A DNA stretch of 24,259 bases from an uncultured bacterium (GTDB taxonomy: Bacteria > CSSED10-310 > CAZUFC01). Both the position numbers and the translations under genes were made by a program. Where the stretch lies: assembly GCA_964619725.1 (NCBI GenBank), contig CAZUFC010000094.1, positions 10,086 to 34,344 of the forward strand, in the 5' to 3' direction. Shown one piece after another: positions 12,001-19,500 of this stretch; positions within the stretch are counted from its first letter, which is position 1, and every line of letters begins with the position of its first letter. Below the pieces are notes generated by a model. It ran no database searches. It had not been told where the DNA came from and saw only the letters and a program-made list of their open reading frames with translations.

Positions 12001-15000
12001 TTTTCCGATGCTACGGTTATGTTTTTACCGTAAAAATCCAGGTCCTTGTTGCCGGAGCCGTAATATGTGCCGTCGCTGACCAGGACCAAGGCTCCGGCGC
12101 CGGCTGCATTGATGGCTGCCTGTATGGTGTCGTAATCGTCCGGAACGTGAATCACATCACTTGGCGTCGGCGGTATGCCGGTCGGCGAGGGCGTCGCCGT
12201 GGGAGTCGGTGAAGGCGACGGCAGGTTATAGTGGAAGCCCATATCGACCAGGCCGGCATCCGCACTCCCGTCGGTCCGCGTAGTCGCTTCATCCAGACAA
12301 CTCGGATAATAACAGATATTCGACGCCTGGTCGCTGCCCGCATCAACGCAGGGACTGTCCTGAAGTTCTCCTGCTGCCGTCTGGCTGAGGTAATACTCCC
12401 CGTACAGACCTGCTGCGAACAATGGATCGCCGTTAATGTTTCCTTCGCCGGAATACCCGCTTTGAACATCCGAATAGATAACGCAGGGATATGACACGCC
12501 GGCAGTCCTTATTTCATTGGGCGAGTCGCCCCAGGCAATGCAGTTGGTTATTAAGGGCGATGAATGATAGCAATATACCGCTCCGCCTGTCGTGGAGGCA
12601 TTAAGGGTAAAAGTGCAATTCATTATTTCAGGGTCTGAATTGTCCGAATATATGCCTCCGCCCGGACCCGATGAGGCGTTACGGGAAAATTCGCAATTGA
12701 TGATGAAAGGCGGATTAAGGGTGCAGTAAAGTCCCGCTCCGCCCGGTGAATTGGCTGTCGAGTTTTCTGTAACGGTGCAATTGGATAAAGTCATTGATGA
12801 GCCGTCGCTGTGTATTCCGCCGCCTGAATACTGCCCTGCATTATTCTTAATTAAAGAGCCGGTGATGATGGGGGCGCTGGAATAACAGGCTATTCCGCCT
12901 CCGTGACGGATTGAATTGCCGCTTATCGTACACCTGATAATATTCGGCGATGAATATTGACAATAAATGCCTCCTCCGTGACCGGAACTTCCTGAATTCC
13001 GCATTATCGTGCATTCAACTATGGTTGCTGAAGATGTATAACAGGCAATTCCCGCTCCGTTTCTGCTCGAACCCACGGTATTGCCGATCACGGTGCAATT
13101 TCTGATCGTCGGAGAACTGCCGGAACAGAAAATACCCCCGCCGTTCTGTGAGTCGGGATTCCCTCTCATGATCGTAAAACCGTCCACCACGGAATAAGCA
13201 TCCTCGCCATTATGAAAATAAAAGCCGCGTCCGCTGTTTCCACAGTCTATGGCGCAAAATTGCGGGCCGTTTTCCGAAGCCACGGTTATGTTTTTGCCGT
13301 AAAAATCCAAGTCCTTGTTGCCTGCCCCGTAATATGTACCGTCGCTGACCAGGACCAACGCTCCGACGCCGGCGGCATCGATGGCAGCCTGTATGGTGTC
13401 GTAATCATCCGGAACGTTGATCACATTACTGGGAGTAGGGGGTATGCCGGTCGGGGAGGGAGTAGCCGTGGGGGTCGGTGAAGGCGAAGGCAACGCATAA
13501 TGGAATCCCATGTCGACCTGGCCTGAATCTGCCGTACCGTCGGTACGCGTGGTTAACTCGTCCAGACAACTCGTATAAAAACAGACATTTGCGGCAAGTT
13601 CGCTCCCCGCATCAACGCAGGGACTCTCCTGAAACTGTCCTGCAGCCAACTGGCTGAGATAATAATCTCCATACATGCCCTCTGCAAACAATGGATCGCT
13701 GCTGATATTGCCTGTACCTGAATATCCGCCCTCTATATCCGAATACAATACTACCGGATGCGAGATGCCGGATGTTCCCATCTCACTGGGAGAATTACCC
13801 CACAATATGCTGTTCAGGATAGCGGGTGAGGAATGCACGCAGTATACGGCGCCGTTTGTGGACGAATTAACCGTGAATGTGCAGTTTCTGACTTCAGGAT
13901 CGGAACTGTTCAAATACATGCCGCCCCCGGCGCCTGCGGAGGCATTGCCGTAAAAAAGGCAATCAGAGAAAGCCGGAGCCGCCAGGAAGCAGTAAACGCC
14001 GCCTCCTCCCGGATTGTTGGAGGCTGAATTTTCTGCAATCGTGCAATATGATGCCGTCATCCCGGAACCGTCGCAGTAAATTCCGCCGCCGGAATACTGG
14101 GCTGCATTGTTTTTTATCACGCAGTTAATCAACGCCGGTGAGAAAGAATACACAGCCAGGCCGCCGCCGTAACGAATGGAATTGCTCGTGACGGTGCAGT
14201 CTATAATGATCGGAGATGAATGGCGGCAATAAATGCCTCCGCCCTGTCCGCTGTTGCCTGAATTACGCGTTACCGTGCAATTGACGATCATTGCGGATGA
14301 CGAATAGCACGCTATGCCCGCTCCGTTGCGACTTGAACTTACAGAATTGCTGATTATGGTGCAATTCCTTATCAGAGGAGAACTGCCGTTGCATAAAATG
14401 CCGCCTCCATGCTGGCTGCCGGGAAGACCCCTCATGATGGTGAACCCGTCGAAAACCGAATCAGTATCTTCTCCATTGTGAAAATATACGCCGCGCCCGC
14501 TGCTCCCGCAGTCTATCGCACAATGGTCCGCTCCGTTTTCCGAGGCTACGGTTATTCCTTTTGCATAAAAATCCAGGTCCTTGTTACCTGTTCCGGCATA
14601 AGTCCCATCGGCAACAAGCACCAGACTGCCTTCAGGAGCAGCATTGATCGCAGCCTGGATCGTATCGTAATCGGAAGGAACATGGATCACCGACGTCGGC
14701 GTTTGCGTCGGAAACATCGTCGGCGTCGGCGTCGGACTCGCAGCAGGAGGAATATTATGGTGCGCTCCCAGGTCGACCGTTCCCGTGTCCGTTACATGAT
14801 CAGTTCGTGTCGTCAATTCATCCAGGCACACCGTTCCCTCTACCGTCGTCAAACATATCGCGTCTGCTGCAGCGCTCCCCACATCTATGCACGGACTGTC
14901 CGTCGCCTCTCCGGCTGCAATCTGGCTTATATAATAATCCCCGTAATAGGAAAAAGAAAATAATGGATTCGAATCAATATTGCCCGTTCCAGCATAACCG

Positions 15001-15803
15001 CCCTGTACGTCTGAATAGGTTACAGAGGGAGATGATCCCGAATTCGTGAATATCTCATCCGTTGAATCGCCCCACAATATGCAGTTTGTTATGACGGGAG
15101 AAGAATCATTGCAATATATCCCGCCGCCGCCGCTGCTCCCCGCATTCCTCGAAATCGTGCAATTCGTGAGTTCAGGGCTTGAATTGTAACAATATAAACC
15201 GCCCCCGTATCTCGCTGAATTTTCCGTGATGAAACAGTTGAAAATCGTCGGTGACGTCACCTGGCAATATATCCCGCCCCCGTTAGACGATGTTGCGACA
15301 TTCTTCGTTATAATGCAACAGGCGATCGTCGGCGTCGCTCCGCTGCAGCATATCCCGCCGCCGGGATTCCCGCTGCCCGTACTGTTGTTCCTTATGATGC
15401 AGTCAAGAATGGTCGGCGATGTTCCCGATGTGCAATATATGCCGCCGCCAGGCTGACTGCCCGGATTCCCTCTCTCAATCTTGAATCCCTTGAACACCGA
15501 ATCAGTTCCCTCATTCGTGTGAAAATATACGCCTCGACCGCTTCGTTCACAGTCAATGACGCATAGTTCCGGACCGTTTTCAGACGCAACCGTTATCGCC
15601 TTTCCATAAAAATCCAGGTCCTTGTTTCCCGTTCCGTAATAGGTGCCGTCCGAAACCAGCACTGTATCCGAAACAGTCGCTGCATTGATGGCGCTCTGGA
15701 TATTCGTGTAATCCGCAGGCACCCGCAGTATCTCCGCCTTCAAAGTCTCAAATTGACCGCAAAATAAAACAAACAAAACAGCAAACATCATCAATCGTTT
15801 CAC
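3072..15803 (-). CDS. Giant (~4243 aa) secreted right-handed parallel beta-helix repeat protein (pectin-lyase-like fold, Pmp-like GGGI/xxN repeats): 9 modules, 3 beta-sandwich-like repeats, Thr/Pro linkers and an IPTL-CTERM-like tail
   Basis: The ORF track gives 3072-15884. The start is revised to GTG 15803 because AGGAGGAGGA lies 6 nt upstream (15819-15810) and the product then begins with a signal peptide, MKRLMMFAVLFVLFCGQFETLKA/EI. Each module opens with xxxVPxDYxTIQxAIxAA..VLVxDGTY and has many GGGIYC...NCTIxxN coils. It ends IPALSWIGIIALILALGCLTFKGGKIRRRKML. Confidence 0.92.
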   Translation of the reverse strand: MKRLMMFAVLFVLFCGQFETLKAEILRVPADYTNIQSAINAATVSDTVLVSDGTYYGTGNKDLDFYGKAITVASENGPELCVIDCERSGRGVYFHTNEGTDSVFKGFKIERGNPGSQPGGGIYCTSGTSPTILDCIIRNNSTGSGNPGGGICCSGATPTIACCIITKNVATSSNGGGIYCQVTSPTIFNCFITENSARYGGGLYCYNSSPELTNCTISRNAGSSGGGGIYCNDSSPVITNCILWGDSTDEIFTNSGSSPSVTYSDVQGGYAGTGNIDSNPLFSFSYYGDYYISQIAAGEATDSPCIDVGSAAADAICLTTVEGTVCLDELTTRTDHVTDTGTVDLGAHHNIPPAASPTPTPTMFPTQTPTSVIHVPSDYDTIQAAINAAPEGSLVLVADGTYAGTGNKDLDFYAKGITVASENGADHCAIDCGSSGRGVYFHNGEDTDSVFDGFTIMRGLPGSQHGGGILCNGSSPLIRNCTIISNSVSSSRNGAGIACYSSSAMIVNCTVTRNSGNSGQGGGIYCRHSSPIIIDCTVTSNSIRYGGGLAVYSFSPALINCVIKNNAAQYSGGGIYCDGSGMTASYCTIAENSASNNPGGGGVYCFLAAPAFSDCLFYGNASAGAGGGMYLNSSDPEVRNCTFTVNSSTNGAVYCVHSSPAILNSILWGNSPSEMGTSGISHPVVLYSDIEGGYSGTGNISSDPLFAEGMYGDYYLSQLAAGQFQESPCVDAGSELAANVCFYTSCLDELTTRTDGTADSGQVDMGFHYALPSPSPTPTATPSPTGIPPTPSNVINVPDDYDTIQAAIDAAGVGALVLVSDGTYYGAGNKDLDFYGKNITVASENGPQFCAIDCGNSGRGFYFHNGEDAYSVVDGFTIMRGNPDSQNGGGIFCSGSSPTIRNCTVIGNTVGSSRNGAGIACYTSSATIVECTIMRNSGSSGHGGGIYCQYSSPNIIRCTISGNSIRHGGGIACYSSAPIITGSLIKNNAGQYSGGGIHSDGSSMTLSNCTVTENSTANSPGGAGLYCTLNPPFIINCEFSRNASSGPGGGIYSDNSDPEIMNCTFTLNASTTGGAVYCYHSSPLITNCIAWGDSPNEIRTAGVSYPCVIYSDVQSGYSGEGNINGDPLFAAGLYGEYYLSQTAAGELQDSPCVDAGSDQASNICYYPSCLDEATTRTDGSADAGLVDMGFHYNLPSPSPTPTATPSPTGIPPTPSDVIHVPDDYDTIQAAINAAGAGALVLVSDGTYYGSGNKDLDFYGKNITVASENGASYCTIDCGNSGRGFYFHNGEDSYSVVDGFTIMRGNPGSENGGGIFCSGSSPTVRNCTVIGNTVGSGRNGAGIACHNSSATIVSCTITRNSGSSGSGAGIYCQYSSPHVIKCTISGNSTRHGGGIACYSSSPIVTGCLIKNNAGQYSGGGIHSNGSSMTLSNCTVTENSTSNSPGGGGLYCTLNPPFIINCEFSRNASSGPGGGIYSDNSDPKITNCTFSLNASTSGGAVYCYHSSPLITNCIAWGDSPNEIRTSGVSYPDVFYSDVQGSYSGTGNINSDPLFCVDGYGDFYLSQTAAGQFYESPCVDAGSDPAANLCYYPSCLDELTTRTDSVTDAGQVDMGYHYPPLSPTPSPTATPSPTGIPPTPSGILHVPGDYDTIQAAIDAAEEGNHVLVADGTYFGSGNKNLTYYGKKITVVSENGPEYCAIDCENSGRGFYFQHNEDENSVLDGFTIMKGNPGSQNGGGILCTSSSPTIRNCTIINNTVGSSSNGAGISCVSSSPVIISCSITRNSGSSGRGGGIDCVYSSPVIINSSITGNSIRYGGGLGFYSSLPLVTDCLIKHNAGQYGGGGIYSDGSSITLSNSVIMQNTTSNSPGGGGLYCYLNPPEITNCIFASNASSGPGGGIYCESSDADMMNCTIISNGATTGGAVYCSNSSPIITNCIAWGNTPNQIRTSGIAYPDVVYSDVQGGYSGTGNINEDPVFAAGDYGAYYLSQTAAGEFIDSPCVDIGSDAAADLCYYFNCLDELTTRTDSVPDSGQVDLGYHYPPLAPSPTPTATPSPTEIPPTPSGILHVPDEYATIQDAIDAAAAGALVLVADGTYHGTGNKDLDFYGKNITVASENGPAYCAIDAGRSGRGFYFHSGEDQYSVVDGFTIMRGHPGNNNGGGILCSESSPLIKNCTVIGNSIGSSAGGAGISCHSASPTILNCSIIRNSGSSGHGGGIYCVHSSPIIINCTVTGNSNRYGGGMATLSSSPLVTGSLIKNNAGQYSGGGIHCDGSSMTLSNCMIIENSTSNMPGGGGLYCRHVPPVIKNCIFTANVSTGNGGGIYCDSSDAEIMNCTMTGNVSTSGGAVNCADSSPFVINCIAWGNSPNEIRAGGLSYPEVVYSDVKNGYSGTGNINSDPLFVTGSYGEYYLSQTASGQFIDSLCVDAGSDLASDICYYLNCLDELTTRTDSVEDAGQADMGFHYSPLSPTPAPTNTPSPTAVPPTPNNVIHVPADYGTIQAAIDAAAEGNHVLVADGTYFGTGNKNLDFYGKKITVKSENGPNRCAIDCQEEGRGFYFHSNEDENSIVDGFTIMRGHPGSNNGGGILCTASSPVIRNCTLIGNSVGSGSNGAGIYCDTSSASIVNCTVTRNSGTSGRGGGIDCIYSSLLIIDCMITGNYNRYGGGLGSYSSSPIVTDCLIKNNGGGYAGGGIFSDGSSMTLSNSVISENSTSNMPGGAGLYCYLNPPQIVNCIFTKNTSSGNGGGIYCDSSDADIRNCTITANASTNGGAVNCSNSSPFISDCITWGNSTNEIRASGISYPEVVYSDVQNGHSGTGNISDDPLFTAGEYGSYYLSQTDSGQFLDSPCIDVGSDLATNICYYLNCMDEMTTRTDSVPDEGQVDMGCHYYPVFPSPTPSPTPSPTQAQPTPNAVIHVPGDYATIQAAIDAAAEGNMVLVADGVYTGAGNKDLDFAGKQISVVSENGPENCIIDCEVSGRGFHFHTEETSNSIVDGFTVQNGNPGEDGGGILCRNSSPTIKNCTVINNSVGSGRNGAGIACYMSTAAVIACTIEQNSGNSGRGGGIDCIFSSPAIVDSTITNNYNRYGGGIGSYSSSTAPANCTVSGNSAGYSGGGIHSDGSRMTISNCIIFENSTGNMPGGAGIYSYLNPPTIANCIFWNNSSSGNGGGIYCNSSDTNIMHCTFNQNASTNGGAIRCSNSSPIITSCIAWGNSPNQITRAGISYPVVTFSDVQSGYSGAGNISSDPLFVSGEYGDYYLSQKDSGQFLDSPCVDAGDQSAADICVYLPYSGVFFMNEAFTRTNHVPDDGTADMGYHYYIPPSPSATPTAAPATQTPTDTPTLTPTFTESPTAPPTDTPTDTPSPLPTDTPTSLPTFTPSPIPTDTATNTPTYSPTIFVTDTPSATATPSPTATHTAIPTGTPIPQTNCGWYDDWQDYACGLEGLEGEDLITFFVVHQTCDVTLAIDNVTPGNYDPILLLLDGPGPQYCIDFADDSGPSSAETITLTAMQPGTYYAVVDSYEGCGFWNISITMDNCLTPTTIPTETPIPQTNCGWYDDWQDYACGMFDLNGEDFITFFVVDQVCDVTLSVDNVSPGDYDPVLLLLDGPAPMYCIAFADDNGPGLGESITINDIPTGNYYAVVDSYENCGYWDLSYSLDNCQTSTPSPTPTYTPTPFSQTNCGLINDYEDYGCGITGLAGEDLGILIVNHEYCDVTISIDNVTPSEYDPVLLIMDGPDPEDCFIYADVNGPGESESITLAALEPGNYFAVIDSFESCGDFNFQQAFENCQTYSPTPTRTPTEVVTPSSTPTHVCAVIQVPQDAITIQGAVDAALDCDTVLIDDGTYTGDKNRNIDLKGKKITVTSISGAENCIMDCESGGRGFIIFRGEGADTIINGITVRNSEADYGAGVYIQNSSPTIVECIISNCISDSDGGGIYCENSSSPVINGCTLINNTADGMGGALYCRNYSNPTVMNSSVSENTAEHCGGVYSYNAAPHLIACTINDNYGLHNGGVYCDIGSACTMENCTVSYNSSLDQGGGLHFAGSEPETLIKNCLLIGNSTQDNGGGVSCWYSNPSFINCTFTENSAGINAGAVSCLNSAPLFKNCILWNDTPDEISTSGVSGINITYCNVQGGFEGDGNINENPLFLDPPGSDFHLQSLVGSFHGGAWEPDDYCSPCIDAGDPGDEFNNEPLPNGGRINMGAYGNTAEASKHCYREIPALSWIGIIALILALGCLTFKGGKIRRRKML
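4461..5549 (-). repeat. Three tandem ~125-aa Cys/Asp-rich domains (QTNCG...PG.Y.AV.DS...CG), PPC-like beta-sandwich by inference
   Basis: QTNCG starts at 5549, 5177 and 4793 (spacing 372 and 384 bp). 5131-5177 and 5503-5549 are identical over 47 bp. Confidence 0.8.
5871..14690 (-). repeat. Seven tandem beta-helix modules with a 1269-bp (423-aa) period
   Basis: Module starts at 14690, 13424, 12155, 10886, 9617, 8348 and 7079 (1266 bp, then five spacings of exactly 1269 bp). A shorter module 1 starts at ~15731 and a divergent module 9 at 4382. Confidence 0.92.
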
Positions 15804-15967
15804 GATATGTCCTCCTCCTGATTCATCATGTTCTCCCCTCAATGCCGACCAACAGAAAAATTCTTCCCACACCGAAAAAAACATTTGAAATCAGAAATTT
15901 CCATTGATCAAAAAAATAAACTCCAGGCAAAAAATGCCCTTTCTGCTGAAAAAACGATTCTGACCTT

Positions 15968-15995
15968 ATAATATTGATAATATCCTGAATGTCAA
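15968..15995 (-). promoter_or_regulatory. Putative sigma70-type promoter for the giant beta-helix gene
   Basis: Minus strand: TTGACA (15995-15990), 16 nt, TATTAT (15973-15968), in an AT-rich stretch ~165 bp upstream of the GTG. Confidence 0.55.
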
Positions 15996-16096
15996 TAATG
16001 TTTAATTTTCGCTTACCCCAATCATGATCGAAGGAGCGGGATGAAGGCTTGGAAATGAAAAAAACGGGAACTGATCAAACCGGGGCAGCAGTTTTT

Positions 16097-16275
16097 GGGA
16101 CTGATCAAACCGGGGTTAACTTCCTAAAAAACTTATGACAGTGTGTTTCAGTAATCGGTATCGGGGGTCGTAATCGGTATCAAAATCCGAATCGATTGCG
16201 GATTCGCAATAGCAACAAAATGATGGGATAATCAGTCTCATTGTAATCTCAAAAGAAGCTTTTCTGATCAATGCC
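16097..16275. mobile_element. MITE-like element, family B (GGGACTGATCAAACCGGGG...CTGATCAATGCC) with internal ATCGGN hexamer repeats
   Basis: Imperfect terminal IR (GGGACTGATCAAA vs GGCATTGATCAGA, 10/13). Co-linear homologue at 23489-23649. ACTGATCAAACCGGGG is also duplicated 30 bp upstream (16070-16085 vs 16100-16115). Confidence 0.65.
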
Positions 16276-16360
16276 GATTTATGATATCTCCCGGCCATTC
16301 GCCGACGTCGCACTGCCGGAATTGTATCCTCAAGGTACCGATATTCGATCAATCCTGCTT

Positions 16361-16389
16361 TTGACATTAAGTCAGAAATCTTGTACTGA
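16361..16389 (+). promoter_or_regulatory. Possible promoter for the LamG/phosphoesterase gene
   Basis: Perfect TTGACA at 16361-16366, but the -10 at 17-nt spacing (TACTGA) is poor. Confidence 0.25.
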
Positions 16390-16501
16390 ATAAGAAGAGT
16401 CATTTACGAAAAATTTCGTGAATGCGAAAACCGAACAGGCTGATCCTTTCCGATTAAATAAATTTAAAATCAATCACAGAAAAAAACGAGGAGCATGAAT
16501 A

Positions 16502-19500
16502 ATGACCGAAAAATATTACCGATTTATATTAATAATATTTTTGACGATGTTGTCGACGATGCCGTGTCTGGCTCAGCACGGATTGAAATTAAACGGTACC
16601 GGCGGACATATTTCATTTGGAGGCCCATTGCTTCCGGAATTGGGTCTTTCGGAGTTTACGCTTGAATGCTGGGTTTATCGAACGGGTTCGGGAACGACAT
16701 CCAGTTCAGGATCGGGAGGAGTTACGGCTGTACCATTGATATGCAAGGGGCGCGGCGAAGTAGACGGGACGAATGCGGATTGTTGTTATTTTTTTGGAAT
16801 TGATTCATCGGGGGTTCTGGCGGCGGATTTCGAGGACATGGCGAGCGGGGCTAATCATCCTGTTTTAGGGACGACAGAATTGGAATACAATGTGTGGCAT
16901 CACGCTGCGGTCACTTACGATGGAGCGACATGGAGAATATACCTGGACGGAGCTCTGGAGAATGAAGAAACTGAGAATGCCGTTCCCCGTTACGACAGCA
17001 TTCAGTATTTCAGCATAGGAACGGCGACGAATTCAACGGGTCAGACGGAAGGAGCATTCGACGGGGTCATTGATGAGGTTCGGGTTTGGGATCATGAGCG
17101 ATCTCTCTCAGAGATTCAGAATAGTATGGGAATGGAAATAGAATCCGAAACAGGCCTGGCAGGACGTTGGGGATTGAATGAAGGAACCGGAACGACTGCG
17201 GGCGACTCCTCCGGTAATGCAAACGACGGGACGGCGACGGGCGCTGTTTGGGTCAACGGTTATCCTTTTGCGCTTCCCGATAATTGCGCCGGAGGATTCG
17301 ACGGCATTGACGATCATGTGGATTTCGGGGGAGCTTGTTTGCCGGAACTGGGACTGGCGGAATTTACGCTGGAATGCTGGTTTTATAAAACGGGAGCAGG
17401 CGCTACGGCGTTATCAGGATCGGGCGGAGTGACTGCCGTGCCTTTAATTTGTAAAGGACGGGGAGAGGCAGACGGAAACAACAAGGACCTCAACTATTTC
17501 TTCGGTATAGATCAAACAGGAGTATTGGCAGCGGACTTTGAAGACATGTCTGCAGGCAACAATCATCCTGTTTTGGGAACGACAGCTATCGCTAATGACG
17601 TGTGGCATCATGCTGCAGTAACTTATGACGGAGCGGTATGGCGGTTGTTTCTGGACGGCGAGCTGGAAAACGAAGAAGCGGAAAATGCGACTGTTCGATA
17701 CGACAGCATTCAGCATTTCAGTATAGCAACGGCTATGAATTCAACAGGCGCAAGAGAAGGAGCGTTCGAGGGCGTAATCGACGAGGTGCGGGTATGGAAT
17801 TCGGCTCGCAGCCAATCGAGCATACAGGCGACCATGAATCTTGAAATCGATTCCGGGTACGGACTTATGGGGCGCTGGGGATTCAACGACTGCACGGATG
17901 ACATTGTGATCGACAGCACAAGTTCGGTTAATCACGGAACGATGAAGGGAGGATACTGGGTTGACGGTTATCTCTTTTCGGCTGCTGATGAATGCGGACT
18001 GGATTTCGACGGCGCTGACGATCATGTTTCATTCGGCGGACCGCTTTTGCCTGAACTGGGCTTATCCGAATTTACTCTGGAGTGCTGGATATATAAAGAA
18101 GGAGACGGCGTTACGGCGAATTCGGGTTCAGGAGGCGTTATAGCTGTTCCTTTGATATGCAAGGGTCTCGGAGAAGCCGACGGCGACAACAGAGATTGCT
18201 GCTATTTCTTTGGTATAGACGAAACAGGCGTTCTTGCCGCGGACTTTGAAGATATGAATAATGGAAGCAATCACCCGGTAAAGGGTGCGAGAGTCGTTGA
18301 AAACAACGCCTGGCATCACGTGGCGGCAACATATGACGGAACGACCTGGAGACTTTATTTGGATGGTGTTCTGGAAAATGAAGAGGTTGAAAATGCAACG
18401 CCCCGGTATGACAGCATACAGCATTTCAGCATCGCGACGGCAATGGACTCCGGGGGTAATCCGTCAGGCGCTTTTGAGGGCGTCATTGATGAGGTGAGAG
18501 TTTGGAATACCGCCCGAAGTCAGCTTGAAATTCAGGAAGCCATGCCTTACAGCATCTTATCAGCGACGGGATTGGCCGGGAGGTGGGGATTCGACGAATG
18601 TTCCGGCAGCGTTGTTTATGATACGTCAGGCAACGAAAATGATGGAAACGTCATTCAGGCGATATGGGGACCCGGATTCGAATATACGGCTCCCGACAGA
18701 TGCTCCCTGGAATTCGACGGAGTAAATGATCATATAACATTCGGAGGTCCCCTGCTCCCGGAACTGGGTCTTGATGAATTTACGCTGGAGTGCTGGATAT
18801 ATAAAGTCGGAACAGGTTCAACCGCTTCTTCAGGCAGCGGAGGAATCACGGCGGTTCCTTTAATTTGCAAAGGCCGCGGTGAAGCTGACGGAAATAATCT
18901 CGATTGCAATTACTTTTTTGGAATAGATCAGTCGGGAACCCTGGGCGCCGATTTTGAAGATATGACCAACGGAAGCAATCATCCGGTTCTGGGCGTCACT
19001 GCCGTCAGCAACGATGCCTGGCATCACGTCGCCGTTACCTATGACGGTTCGACCTGGCGGCTGTACCTGAACGGCGCCCTGGAAAACGAACTTACCGTCA
19101 ATGCGACTCCCCGTTATGACAGCATTCAGCATTTCAGCCTGGCGACCTCAATGGATTCGTCCGGCGTTCCGGGGGGAGCTTTCGAAGGATTGATGGATGA
19201 AGTTCGAATATGGAATTTTGCGCGCAGTCAGGACGCCATCCAGGAAACGATGTTCAATGAATTGGAATCAGGTTACGGGCTGGCGGCCCGATGGGGATTC
19301 AACGAATGTCTCGGCGACACGGTATATGACACCGCCGGCAATAACCATGGTTCAATTGTTGGGGCTATATGGAGGCCGGGATATTTTTTCAGCGCGATTG
19401 ATGCATGCAGTCTGGATTTTGACGGCGCGGACGATCATGTTTCCTTCGGAGGTCCGTTACTGCCTGAATTGGGCTTATCAGAGTTTACCATAGAATGCTG

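Noticed and set aside
3397..15589. Many 60-311 aa ORFs overlapping the giant gene (e.g. 4392-5327, 6468-7298, 14409-14963)
   Set aside because: Antisense or off-frame shadows of a repetitive coding sequence; no recognisable motifs.
15804..15884. N-terminal extension of the giant ORF (MFFSVWEEFF...) given in the ORF track
   Set aside because: It spans the strong SD itself. GTG 15803 has ideal SD spacing and yields a normal signal peptide.
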